DNA from: an uncultured Dehalococcoidia bacterium | Lineage (GTDB): Bacteria; Chloroflexota; Dehalococcoidia; SZUA-161; SpSt-899 | Direction: 5' to 3' | Assembly: GCA_965612975.1 (NCBI GenBank) | Contig: CBFDTP010000003.1 | Coordinates: forward strand, 1 to 39,470 | Length of the DNA stretch: 39,470 nucleotides | Part shown: piece by piece, positions 8,084 through 16,611 of the stretch | Numbering within the stretch: the first letter of the stretch is position 1 | How the letters are laid out: each line of letters begins with the position of its first letter | Program-made: the position numbers and the translations under genes | Notes under the pieces: model-generated | The model's database searches: none | The model's input: only the letters and a program-made list of their open reading frames with translations | What the model was told of the DNA's origin: nothing

Positions 8084-8545
8084 ATGGAGTGGAAGCTTCC
8101 ACCGAAGGCTAAGGTATACGAGGCTCTGAGCTGTATTGGCAGCGGCCACGTCGAGTTCGTCGGGCCTGATCAGGCGCTGGTGACCAGCAGCGAAGGGGAC
8201 AGAAGATACCGGGTAAGCTTCGACCTGGAGACCAACCGGATAAATTCGGATGACAATGGCAGCAGGTGGCAGGGTTATCTGGGCTACCCTTCCATCGCTG
8301 TGCTGATGCTTAAGGGCAAGCTGCCTTTCGATGAAGATCTGAGCCGGGCGCTGCGGGATATAAAATGGCACTCCCTGAATAAGAAATATAAGCGCAATTA
8401 TGACCTGGCTATCCAGGAAGCTCAGCAGATCGCAGCAGAGAGGGGCTGTGAGGTCACCCGGCTAGAGCAGTTCGTGGAAAAGGTGATGCAGGAAATCGAG
8501 GCTAAAAGGTTTCAACGATTGGCACCCAAACAGCGCCGGAAATAA
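8084..8545 (+). CDS. Conserved hypothetical protein
   Basis: RBS and co-oriented with DUF167; WKLPPKAKVYEAL..SDDNGSRWQGYLGYP looks like a conserved family. Confidence 0.75.
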   Translation: MEWKLPPKAKVYEALSCIGSGHVEFVGPDQALVTSSEGDRRYRVSFDLETNRINSDDNGSRWQGYLGYPSIAVLMLKGKLPFDEDLSRALRDIKWHSLNKKYKRNYDLAIQEAQQIAAERGCEVTRLEQFVEKVMQEIEAKRFQRLAPKQRRK

Positions 8546-8558
8546 GCATCTACGGGGT

Positions 8559-8585
8559 CCCCAAAAATTCTTCGAATTTTTGGGG
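8559..8585. terminator. Perfect 12-bp hairpin between convergent genes (terminator or REP-like)
   Basis: CCCCAAAAATTC-TTC-GAATTTTTGGGG. Confidence 0.6.
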
Positions 8586-8595
8586 TGTATAAGTA

Positions 8596-11013
8596 TCACC
8601 TTTCCTTCTTTACCCAGAGCTTTTGACCATCGGTGATGAACTCCACCGTGCCATCCCGCGAGGTGAGGAACAGATTCTGGCCCACTCTTTCCCGTAACCT
8701 GGCCATCACCTCCAGGCTGGGGTGTCCGAAGGGGTTATTGGAGCCTACGGAGATGACGGCTGCCTGGGGGGAGACGGCTTCCAGGAATTCGGGCGAACTC
8801 GAGCCGGCGGCCCCGTGATGTCCCACTTTAAGCACCGTACTGCCCAGTTCAGGCTGCTGTCTGAGCAGGGCCTCTTCCCCCTCCCGCATCAGGTCCCCGA
8901 CGAGGAGGAAGCTTATCTTTCCATGTGATAGGCGGAGCACCACTGAGTTATTGTTGGAGTCAGAGGAAGTCCCATGAAGTAGAGACTCCGCCGGGTGCAG
9001 TACCTCAACCCTCACCTCCCCCAGCCTGATTTGCTGCCCCTGCTGGGCGGTCAAACGCTTGATGCCCTTTTGCTCGATGAGCCTCACCCAATCTTGATAG
9101 GTGGGGGAGTCAGAGGGGAAGCCACTCTCCAAAACTTTCTCCACGCGGTAGCGCCGCAGAACCTCCGGGAGGCCGGTCAGATGATCCTCCTCGGGATGCG
9201 TGAGGATCACCAGATCCAGGCTGTGGTCCCAGAAAGGAAGCCTCTGGCCTAGCTGGGAGAGCAGCACCTTCGGATCTGGCCCCCCATCGATGAGGATCTG
9301 GTGCCTGCTTGGGGTTTGGACAAGGATGGCATCGCCCTGGCCCACGTTGAGGAAGAAAACGTGAAGCTTACCATCGGGGAGGGCCAGGACGGCTGACCAG
9401 AGGAGGAGGGCAACGAGCAGTAGGAAGAGGATGACGTATTTCGAGGAAAATCCTCTGGCGACTCGGGGAAGAGCTTTAAGAGAAGGTCTCCGACCAAGAG
9501 TTCCCCTCTTGATGCTCCTCCAGTTTCGGACGAGAAAGAATGCCAGGGCGAGGAGGGAATAATAGCCGGCGAGGAAGGCGACCCCTACCCGGGCCGAGAT
9601 CGCGGCGAAGGGGAGGGAAGAGAAGGCCTCGGCGACCCCGATGATGTAGGTGCCGAAGAGCCAACAGATCCAGCCCGGAATTTGGGCCAACGCTGAACTA
9701 ATTAAGCCTAGTCCGCTGCTGAAGGCCGCGGCGGCAATGAGCCCGGGCACGGCCGGGAGGGCGAAGAAGGTGGCGGGGAGGGTCACCAGCGATATCCGGT
9801 GAAAGTAAAAGGCCAGAAGCGGGAGCGTGGCTAGGATAGCTCCCAGGCTGAAGGAGAAGCTCTCAATGATAAAGCGCCAGCCTCCGCCAATTTTACCTTC
9901 ATCCCCCAGAGCCCTATAAGCCCAGGAAGCAAAAAGTGGGCTCAGGAAGATCAGTCCGGCCATGGCAGCAAAGCTGAGCTGAAAGGACACATCCTTCAGG
10001 ACCGAGGGCTTGATCCCCACCATCACCGCGGCGGCCAAGAGCAGGGCCACGAAGGAGTTCCTCTGCCTCCCCAGCCAGCTTCCCACTGCCCACAGGCTTC
10101 CCATAATGGCCGCTCGCAGGGCAGAGGGATGCCAGCCGGTAAGCAGGGCATAGAACCACACCGCTAGAAGGGCCAGCAAAAGATAATAAGGGCGGTGTCG
10201 CCCAAAGAGCCAAGCGCCCAAGCTCAGCGACATCCCCGCCACGATGCTGATGTGAAGGCCCGAAATGGCCAGTATATGGGCTATTCCAGACAGCTGAAAG
10301 TCCTCACGTATCTCCTTTGGAAGCTCGCTCCGCTTTCCGAGCAACATGGCCTGGGCCAGGGAAGAAGAAGGTTCAGCCACCGCAAGTGCTAGGGCTCGGG
10401 AGAGTTTCTCCTTCAGGCTAAAGGTGAGTCGCAAAATCGGAGAACCTTCTCCCTCACCAATAAGCCCGACGTCCTTGGGATAACAAAGGGAGTAGATACC
10501 CTGCCGGGCGAGGTATTCCCGATAATCAAACTCCTCCAATTCCGGAGGCTCAACCAGCTTCCCCTTTATCCAGAGCCGGTCCCCGTAGCGGTAAAAAGGA
10601 AAGTCCCTCATCTTGGAAAGTTCAGGGTCGGAGGGGAACCTGGGAGCATAGAGGAGACAGGCATCCGAAACTGCCCGCCGACCCAACTCATCCTGTAATT
10701 CCTGAACCTTAAACCTAAAGAGGGTGAAGTGGGTTCGAACATCGGGCTCTGAGTCTATCACCCCGATCAGTTCCACGACTCGTCCGTTATACAAAGCAAG
10801 CTCACCTGGGCCGGGCAGACAGGCAGCTCTGAGGAGGCCACCACCGAAGACCAGAAGGCAGAACAGCCCCAGGAGAAGAACCCGGCGCCGGGGAAAGAGG
10901 ATCCCAACCAGCAGGAAGCTTGCCCCTCCCACCAGAAGGCCCCGGGAGAGCGGTAGGGCAGAGGCCAAGTAAACCCCAAACACCCAGGCCAGGCTCAGGC
11001 AGGCCAGTCTCAT
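8596..11013 (-). CDS. comEC: DNA uptake channel ComEC/Rec2
   Basis: OB/DUF4131 region, HILAISGLH competence motif, MBL domain VGQGD, THPEEDH, KVGHHG, NPFGHP. Confidence 0.95.
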   Translation of the reverse strand: MRLACLSLAWVFGVYLASALPLSRGLLVGGASFLLVGILFPRRRVLLLGLFCLLVFGGGLLRAACLPGPGELALYNGRVVELIGVIDSEPDVRTHFTLFRFKVQELQDELGRRAVSDACLLYAPRFPSDPELSKMRDFPFYRYGDRLWIKGKLVEPPELEEFDYREYLARQGIYSLCYPKDVGLIGEGEGSPILRLTFSLKEKLSRALALAVAEPSSSLAQAMLLGKRSELPKEIREDFQLSGIAHILAISGLHISIVAGMSLSLGAWLFGRHRPYYLLLALLAVWFYALLTGWHPSALRAAIMGSLWAVGSWLGRQRNSFVALLLAAAVMVGIKPSVLKDVSFQLSFAAMAGLIFLSPLFASWAYRALGDEGKIGGGWRFIIESFSFSLGAILATLPLLAFYFHRISLVTLPATFFALPAVPGLIAAAAFSSGLGLISSALAQIPGWICWLFGTYIIGVAEAFSSLPFAAISARVGVAFLAGYYSLLALAFFLVRNWRSIKRGTLGRRPSLKALPRVARGFSSKYVILFLLLVALLLWSAVLALPDGKLHVFFLNVGQGDAILVQTPSRHQILIDGGPDPKVLLSQLGQRLPFWDHSLDLVILTHPEEDHLTGLPEVLRRYRVEKVLESGFPSDSPTYQDWVRLIEQKGIKRLTAQQGQQIRLGEVRVEVLHPAESLLHGTSSDSNNNSVVLRLSHGKISFLLVGDLMREGEEALLRQQPELGSTVLKVGHHGAAGSSSPEFLEAVSPQAAVISVGSNNPFGHPSLEVMARLRERVGQNLFLTSRDGTVEFITDGQKLWVKKER

Positions 11014-11023
11014 TGAGGCTTGC

Positions 11024-11539
11024 TCAGGGAGCTGTGATGAGTTCCCTTATAGCTTGGAAGACGGATTCGGAGACGAGCTTGCGTTCGACAAGTTCTCTGG
11101 GGCTCCGGAACGGCCCTTCCATCTGTCGAGATTCGATGATCTTTTGGGCCGTTTTGGGCCCAATTTTCGGCAGGGCTTCTAGAAGCCAGTCGGGGGCGGT
11201 GTTGAGGTTCACCCTCTGCGGCACTTCACCCCTTCGATAAACGTGGACGTGATCACCATCCCTCAGCCTCTGGGCCAGGTTTAGAGTTCGCTCATCAGCT
11301 TGAGAAGTAAGGCCTTGGGCCGCTGCGATGAGGTCACCCACGCGCGAGCCGGCAGGGAGCTCATAGACTCCGGGTTGGGCAACCTCGCCGCTTATCTGAA
11401 CCACCAGTCCCGGGGAGGGGGAGGAAAAGCTGATCTCCAGCGCCTGTCCGGGGCTTAGCTGGCGGTAGAGGAGAAGCCCCCCGCCGGTAAATATCGCCAG
11501 AAGTAAAAGGGCTAGAAACAGCCGGCGAAGCCTTTCCAT
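11024..11539 (-). CDS. comEA: ComEA DNA receptor
   Basis: TM anchor, SLBB (GEVAQPGVY), HhH VNLNTA..LPKIGPKTA. Confidence 0.93.
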   Translation of the reverse strand: MERLRRLFLALLLLAIFTGGGLLLYRQLSPGQALEISFSSPSPGLVVQISGEVAQPGVYELPAGSRVGDLIAAAQGLTSQADERTLNLAQRLRDGDHVHVYRRGEVPQRVNLNTAPDWLLEALPKIGPKTAQKIIESRQMEGPFRSPRELVERKLVSESVFQAIRELITAP

Positions 11540-11568
11540 TGTTTGGATTTCAACCTTTGACCTTTTGA

Positions 11569-12408
11569 CTACGGTAGGGTGAGCTGGGTGCCTACGCTGT
11601 TGAAGATGAAGGATTCACCAAGCTGCTGAGCGAGGAGGGACGCTGCCGGTAGGCCGGTGCAATGGGAAGCGGCCACGCGCTTCACTCCTAACTCCTGCAG
11701 GGTGGCGGCGGTGAGCAGAACCCTCTCCTCGGTGGCCACCATGAGATGCATTCCACCAACCACGGCGTAAATTCGCTCCTCCCCGGTCAGCTCCTGAGCA
11801 TGTTTGAGGGTATTTATAGCTCCGCGGTGAGCACAGCCCAGGATAACCACCAGCCCTTCCTCGGTCTTGATGATCAGGGCCCGGTCATCAAGCAGCTCGT
11901 CCGGCTGCCAGACATCTTCCTTCCTCACGTAGAGCTGCGGGTCGATGGACTCGAATTCGGTCTTCATCGGTATCTCGCCGGTGGTCAGTATGCGGTCGGT
12001 AAGCCAGACCGGCTCACGGGAGAGGGTAAAGGAAGCCCCCAGGCTTTCAAGTTCCTCCCGCACGAAGGGAATGCCAATGTAGCGCTCCGGCTCGTCCTCA
12101 GGCCGGGCATATTTGGGGGCCCAGATATCGGGGTGAGCGATGACCTCGACCTCCCCGGTTTTGGCCAGGATGTTCCTCAGACCTCCGGTATGATCGTAGT
12201 GACCATGACTGAGGACAATCCGGCTCACCTTTCTCAAGTCCAGGTTCAAAGCCTCGGCATTGTTGGCCGCGACCGCCCCACCTCCCGTGTCCATGAGGAT
12301 GACCTGGTCATCCACCTCAATCAGGATGCTCAGACCCCACTCAGCGAGGAGACCCCTCGCCGTGATGCCCACCGTGTTTTCGCTCAGGGTAGTAAGCCTG
12401 ATCTGCAT
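11569..12408 (-). CDS. MBL-fold metallohydrolase (MJ0301/DHPS-like family)
   Basis: AEWGLS, DTG, SHGHYDHTGG, GCAHRG, GGMHL, HCTG; RBS AAGGAGG before ATG 12408. Confidence 0.9.
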   Translation of the reverse strand: MQIRLTTLSENTVGITARGLLAEWGLSILIEVDDQVILMDTGGGAVAANNAEALNLDLRKVSRIVLSHGHYDHTGGLRNILAKTGEVEVIAHPDIWAPKYARPEDEPERYIGIPFVREELESLGASFTLSREPVWLTDRILTTGEIPMKTEFESIDPQLYVRKEDVWQPDELLDDRALIIKTEEGLVVILGCAHRGAINTLKHAQELTGEERIYAVVGGMHLMVATEERVLLTAATLQELGVKRVAASHCTGLPAASLLAQQLGESFIFNSVGTQLTLP

Positions 12409-12424
12409 CTCCACCTCCTTAGCT

Positions 12425-14494
12425 TCAGGCCTTGAAGACCCGACAGGGTATTCCTCTGAGGTTAAGGGAACCGACGGCTGGCTCGAAAGGTGGTTCACTT
12501 CCCGTGAGGACGTTTAGATTTGATTCCCTCCAGCCATAGAGCTCGGCCGGCCCCTTCTCGGGGAACCACCAGCCATAGGAGACAAAGACCACCCGGGGAT
12601 CCAGTGACCGGTTTAAAGTAAGCCTCTGCTTTATACAGCCCTTCCTGGTCTCGATGTACACCCAGTCTCCCTCCTGAAGCCCCAACTCAGCTGCAGTGGC
12701 GGGGCTAAGTTCCACCACTGGGTCAGGATAGATTTTCCTTAAACTATCTATGTTTCTGCCAGTGGAGTGATAAAAAGCCATCGCCTTGGCGTTGGTCAGA
12801 AGCAGCGGATATCCTTCAGATAGCTTCTCCAGAGGCCCCACATACTCGGGCAGGGAGCTATAGCCCATCTGTTCGAGACGCTCAGAGTATATTTCCACCT
12901 TTCCTGAAGCTGTCCGGAATCCCCGGCGCTCATATTCCTTGACCTCAGCTCTCACCTGGAGAACTCGTCTTTTCTTGAAATCCTCGAAGCTGAGTCCGCT
13001 GGGCTGCAAAATAAAGTCCAGCGCCTCCTCCTCATCCTCCCAGAAGTATTGTCCCAGCCCGAGTTGTCGGGCGAGCTGATTTATGATCTTATAATCCGAC
13101 CAGCACTCTCCTGGGGGTTCCAGCAGTTTGGGATAGGCGAGGATAAAGCCATCAAAGGGGGGATAGGGGGCAAGTTCATTGAACTCAAAGTTAGCCGCCA
13201 CGGGAAAGAGCACATCAGCTAGCGCAGCGGAGGGGGTGAGGAAGAGGTCGGCCACCGCCAGGAACTCCAGCTGGCACAGCGCCTGATGGGTGCGCTGGGC
13301 ATCGGGGTAAGTGAGCAAAGGGTTGGTTCCGAAGAGCAAAGCGCCCTTAACCGGGTAGGGTTCCCCCTCCAGAATGGCCCGGGGGGCCGATACCCGGGTG
13401 ACAACTCCAGACCTGGCCAACAGTTTGAACTCTCCGCTAAGCATCTCCTCTGGAGAGCGGGGGAATTCCCGGAGCAGCATGAAGTGTCCCGGTCGGGTTA
13501 GCGGTAGTCTCTGGGGCACGATCTCCCCTCCGGGCAGGTCAATATTTCCGGTAATGGCCTTGAGGATGGCGAGCGCCCGGAAGGTCTGGAAGCTGTTCAC
13601 GCTGTGATCCAGGGCATTCCCCCACTGGAGAACAGCCGGCTTGGTGGTGGCATAAAGGCGAGCTGCGGCCACGAGTTGCTCTGGGGACACCCAGGTAAGC
13701 TCGGCTATCCTCTTCAGCGAGTGCCCTCGGAGATGTTCTTCTAACCTCTCAAAGCCAGTAGTCCACTTGCGGACGAATTCCTCGTCATAAAGCTTCTCCT
13801 CGATGATCACCTTCAGCATCCCGAGAGCTAAGGCTCCATCGCTTCCCGGCCTCGGTCGAAGCCAGACATCGGCGCGGGCAGCCAAGCCAGTCCTTCTGGG
13901 ATCCACCACTACGAGCTTGCCCCCGTTCTTCAAAGCGGAGCGGAGTTGCGAGAGGCTCAAGCTTCCACAGCGGGTTTCAGGGGGGTTGTTTCCCCACAGC
14001 ACTACACACCGGGGCAGGCCCTCTGGACTGGCGTAGCAGGCGGAGCCGAAGGTGTAGACCGAGGCAAGCTCCCCCGGCAGATGGCAGATGTGGCCTGAGG
14101 TGACGACATTGGGTGTGCCAAAGACACTCGCCAGCCGGTGGGCAAACATCATCTCCAGGCCCTTGGGATGACCCAGTCCGATGACCACCGAGCGAGCTCC
14201 GTACTTATCCTTAAGTTCGCTTAACTTCTCTGCCGTTAGACCCAGGGCCTCGTCCCAGGAGATCCTTCTCCACCTCCCCTCCCCTCTGTCCCCATCCCTC
14301 CGGAGAGGGTACTTCAAGCGGCCAGGATGGTAGAGGATCTCTGGCCAGGCCAGTCCCTTGGGGCAGATACCCTCGCGTCCGGGAGGAGGTTGAGGGTCCT
14401 CCTCCACTCGAACGAGCTTCCCCTGCTCAATCGTGAGCTTTAAGCTACATCTACCATCACAGAGCCGGCAGAAGGAGAATCCCTCTCGAGTCAA
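12425..14494 (-). CDS. Mo/W-bisPGD enzyme, acetylene hydratase-like subfamily, cytoplasmic
   Basis: CRLCDGRC..GICPKG [4Fe-4S] motif, ligand Cys in GHICH, VVDPRRT, C-terminal molydop-binding domain; no TAT signal. Confidence 0.88.
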   Translation of the reverse strand: MTREGFSFCRLCDGRCSLKLTIEQGKLVRVEEDPQPPPGREGICPKGLAWPEILYHPGRLKYPLRRDGDRGEGRWRRISWDEALGLTAEKLSELKDKYGARSVVIGLGHPKGLEMMFAHRLASVFGTPNVVTSGHICHLPGELASVYTFGSACYASPEGLPRCVVLWGNNPPETRCGSLSLSQLRSALKNGGKLVVVDPRRTGLAARADVWLRPRPGSDGALALGMLKVIIEEKLYDEEFVRKWTTGFERLEEHLRGHSLKRIAELTWVSPEQLVAAARLYATTKPAVLQWGNALDHSVNSFQTFRALAILKAITGNIDLPGGEIVPQRLPLTRPGHFMLLREFPRSPEEMLSGEFKLLARSGVVTRVSAPRAILEGEPYPVKGALLFGTNPLLTYPDAQRTHQALCQLEFLAVADLFLTPSAALADVLFPVAANFEFNELAPYPPFDGFILAYPKLLEPPGECWSDYKIINQLARQLGLGQYFWEDEEEALDFILQPSGLSFEDFKKRRVLQVRAEVKEYERRGFRTASGKVEIYSERLEQMGYSSLPEYVGPLEKLSEGYPLLLTNAKAMAFYHSTGRNIDSLRKIYPDPVVELSPATAAELGLQEGDWVYIETRKGCIKQRLTLNRSLDPRVVFVSYGWWFPEKGPAELYGWRESNLNVLTGSEPPFEPAVGSLNLRGIPCRVFKA

Positions 14495-14583
14495 TCGACC
14501 CTCTCTTTTGACTAAGATAGAGAGGTTAGGATTGTGCCCTGGCCAGAACCATCAGGTAAAAGGCCGATTTCCGGCGATAGCGC

Positions 14584-14877
14584 TTATCCCCTTCCAGGGT
14601 AAAGTTCATTAAGGGGTGAAGCCAGGTCTTCACCCTCGGGGACCTTCAGCCAGATGCGATAAAGCTTCTCCCCGGTGGCCTCAAAGCATTTGAAACCCTC
14701 AGAGCTTACCTCCTCAACCTCAACCTCCCCCAATTCCTTGGCCTGCTCCAGCCAGTTCCTGAAATGGGCTCCTCCGCCGAAGTAGACCTTTATCCAGCGG
14801 TTCCCTTTGTCGTCTATCCTCTCCCGAACCCTCTCCTCCTCGGCCAGCCTCTCTCTGACTTCCTCACTCATCTCCAT
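14584..14877 (-). CDS. Hypothetical protein
   Basis: Tightly packed in the operon with RBS; VYFGGGAHF motif, one Cys. Confidence 0.7.
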   Translation of the reverse strand: MEMSEEVRERLAEEERVRERIDDKGNRWIKVYFGGGAHFRNWLEQAKELGEVEVEEVSSEGFKCFEATGEKLYRIWLKVPEGEDLASPLNELYPGRG

Positions 14878-14879
14878 CT

Positions 14880-15533
14880 TCAGGTTCCTTCTCCAAGATG
14901 CTTGAGCAGCTCAGGCTCCAATGAACTCCTGGGCATTGCCCCTAACTTGCGGTCAACCAGTACGCCGTTTCGGAAGATGAGCAGGGTAGGTATGGACATT
15001 ATTTGATACTCTCTGGCCAGGGTAGGGTTAAGGTCAACGTTCAATTTCCCGAAAGTGATCTTTCCCTGATATGCTTTTGCCAGCTCCTCGATCACCGGGG
15101 CGATCAAATGACAAGGGGCACACCAGGGAGCCCAGCAGTCAACCACCAGCAAGGGGTATTTCCTGATCGCCTCCTCGAAGTTGGCGCTGTTTAACTCCAG
15201 TACCAGCGGGAGCCTCTTCCCTTCCTCGACCAGCTCCACAGAAAGTCGGCCCTCCCCTTTCTCCACGAAGTTCAGGGGGAGGTCAGCCCCCTTAAAGGAA
15301 GCCTCCAACTTCGACTTCGCTTCCCGAAGCAAGTGGTACCTGCCCTGATCTTCATAGGCCTTTAACTTTTCGAAGAGTTCCTCCAACTTGAGATAGCCCT
15401 TGAAGAACTCGGAAAGAACTTCTTCCAGCTCCTCCAGCTCCTTCATTTGCTCCTTCTCTTCGAGAGTTGGTTCCCCAACCTCGGCCAGCCTCTCTCTCAA
15501 CCGCGGCGGAAGATTGTCCTCCCATTTAGTCAC
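14880..15533 (-). CDS. Thioredoxin with ~105-aa helical N-terminal extension
   Basis: WAPWCAPC, SIPTLLIF; RBS AGGAGAGG. Confidence 0.9.
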   Translation of the reverse strand: MTKWEDNLPPRLRERLAEVGEPTLEEKEQMKELEELEEVLSEFFKGYLKLEELFEKLKAYEDQGRYHLLREAKSKLEASFKGADLPLNFVEKGEGRLSVELVEEGKRLPLVLELNSANFEEAIRKYPLLVVDCWAPWCAPCHLIAPVIEELAKAYQGKITFGKLNVDLNPTLAREYQIMSIPTLLIFRNGVLVDRKLGAMPRSSLEPELLKHLGEGT

Positions 15534-15552
15534 TATCCTCTCCTTTCAAACG

Positions 15553-16326
15553 TTAGATTGCCCCCCATCCCCGCTCTTGAAGAAGGAGATCCAGGATCTT
15601 GCCTACCTGGACGGCTGCCTCTCCCCGTCCCAGGGCTCGTCCCTCCAGACAGGCCTCAAATATCTCCGGATCGTAGGGAATGGCTCCGACCACCACGATG
15701 TTTCTTCTTCTCAACTCGTCCTCCAGCTTGGAGGCCAGGGCATCGGAGGTGATCTTGTTCAGCACTGCCCGGACCTTTTTCTCCATCCCAGCAGCCAGCC
15801 CTTTTACCCTCTCGGCCAGAGTTATAGATTCAAGAGAGGGCTCCACCACCAAAAGGATCCCGTCCAAGCTGGCGTCAACACCCCGGCCGAAATGCTCCAC
15901 ACCAGCCTCCATATCAACCAGGGCTATCTCATTTCGGTTCAACCTAAGCTTCTTCAAAAACTCACGGCTCAGAACCCCCATCGGACAGGCGCAGCCCTCA
16001 AGGGCTTGAAGTATCTTGCCTATGCTGACCAAGATCAGGCCATCTTTGGCGGGGGCATACAAGGGAGGGATATCACTGATGTCAATTTGCTCTGCGGCCA
16101 GAACGTTCGGCCGGTTCATCTTCTGCTTGAGCTCCTTTTTCCCTCCCAGCAGCTCCATAAGGGGAATCGGTGGCTTCTCAAAGCCAAGCATTCGGAAAAG
16201 GCCGGAGTTAGACTCATCTGAGTCAACCACCAATACCTTGAGACCCCTCGCTTGTGCCTCATTTGCCAGCAGAGTGACCAAGGTGCTTTTACCGCTTCCT
16301 CCCTTGCCGCAAATCGAGATTTTCAT
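15553..16326 (-). CDS. CooC/AcsF-like P-loop ATPase
   Basis: GKGGSGKST, GCACP, DMEAGVEHFGRG. Confidence 0.9.
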   Translation of the reverse strand: MKISICGKGGSGKSTLVTLLANEAQARGLKVLVVDSDESNSGLFRMLGFEKPPIPLMELLGGKKELKQKMNRPNVLAAEQIDISDIPPLYAPAKDGLILVSIGKILQALEGCACPMGVLSREFLKKLRLNRNEIALVDMEAGVEHFGRGVDASLDGILLVVEPSLESITLAERVKGLAAGMEKKVRAVLNKITSDALASKLEDELRRRNIVVVGAIPYDPEIFEACLEGRALGRGEAAVQVGKILDLLLQERGWGAI

Positions 16327-16338
16327 CTCCAAACTCCC

Positions 16339-16548
16339 TCACAGCATTCGAATTGCCCTTAGGGGACAAGCAGTGGAACAGATTCCACAGCCAGCACACA
16401 TGGACGCATCGTGCAGCGGGAACTCATAAGGTCTCTCTTGGATGAAGACCTTGTGAGGACAAGCTTTGGCAGCGGCACAAATGCCACCGTCACACCTCCA
16501 AGGTTGACAGAGACCAAAATCTATGGACGGTACCGGCTTTACGAACAC
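16339..16548 (-). CDS. Small 2x[4Fe-4S] ferredoxin-like protein (start uncertain)
   Basis: CQPWRCDGGICAAAKACP and CAGCGICSTACP. Confidence 0.8.
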   Translation of the reverse strand: MFVKPVPSIDFGLCQPWRCDGGICAAAKACPHKVFIQERPYEFPLHDASMCAGCGICSTACPLRAIRML

Positions 16549-16560
16549 CTCTTTTTTTAT

Positions 16561-16601
16561 AATATAGCCCCTCATCCGACAAACTGCAATCATTTGCAAT
16601 T
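16561..16601 (-). promoter_or_regulatory. Internal promoter with overlapping palindromic operator
   Basis: TTGCAG-17-TATATT on the minus strand; AACTGCAA-TCAT-TTGCAATT (16582-16601) overlaps the -35. Confidence 0.55.
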
Positions 16602-16611
16602 TGGCATTCAT

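Noticed and set aside
15400-16221. Long antisense ORFs (also 11746-12435, 27926-28600, 30847-31644)
   Set aside because: Shadow frames of well-supported genes in GC-rich DNA, with no motifs
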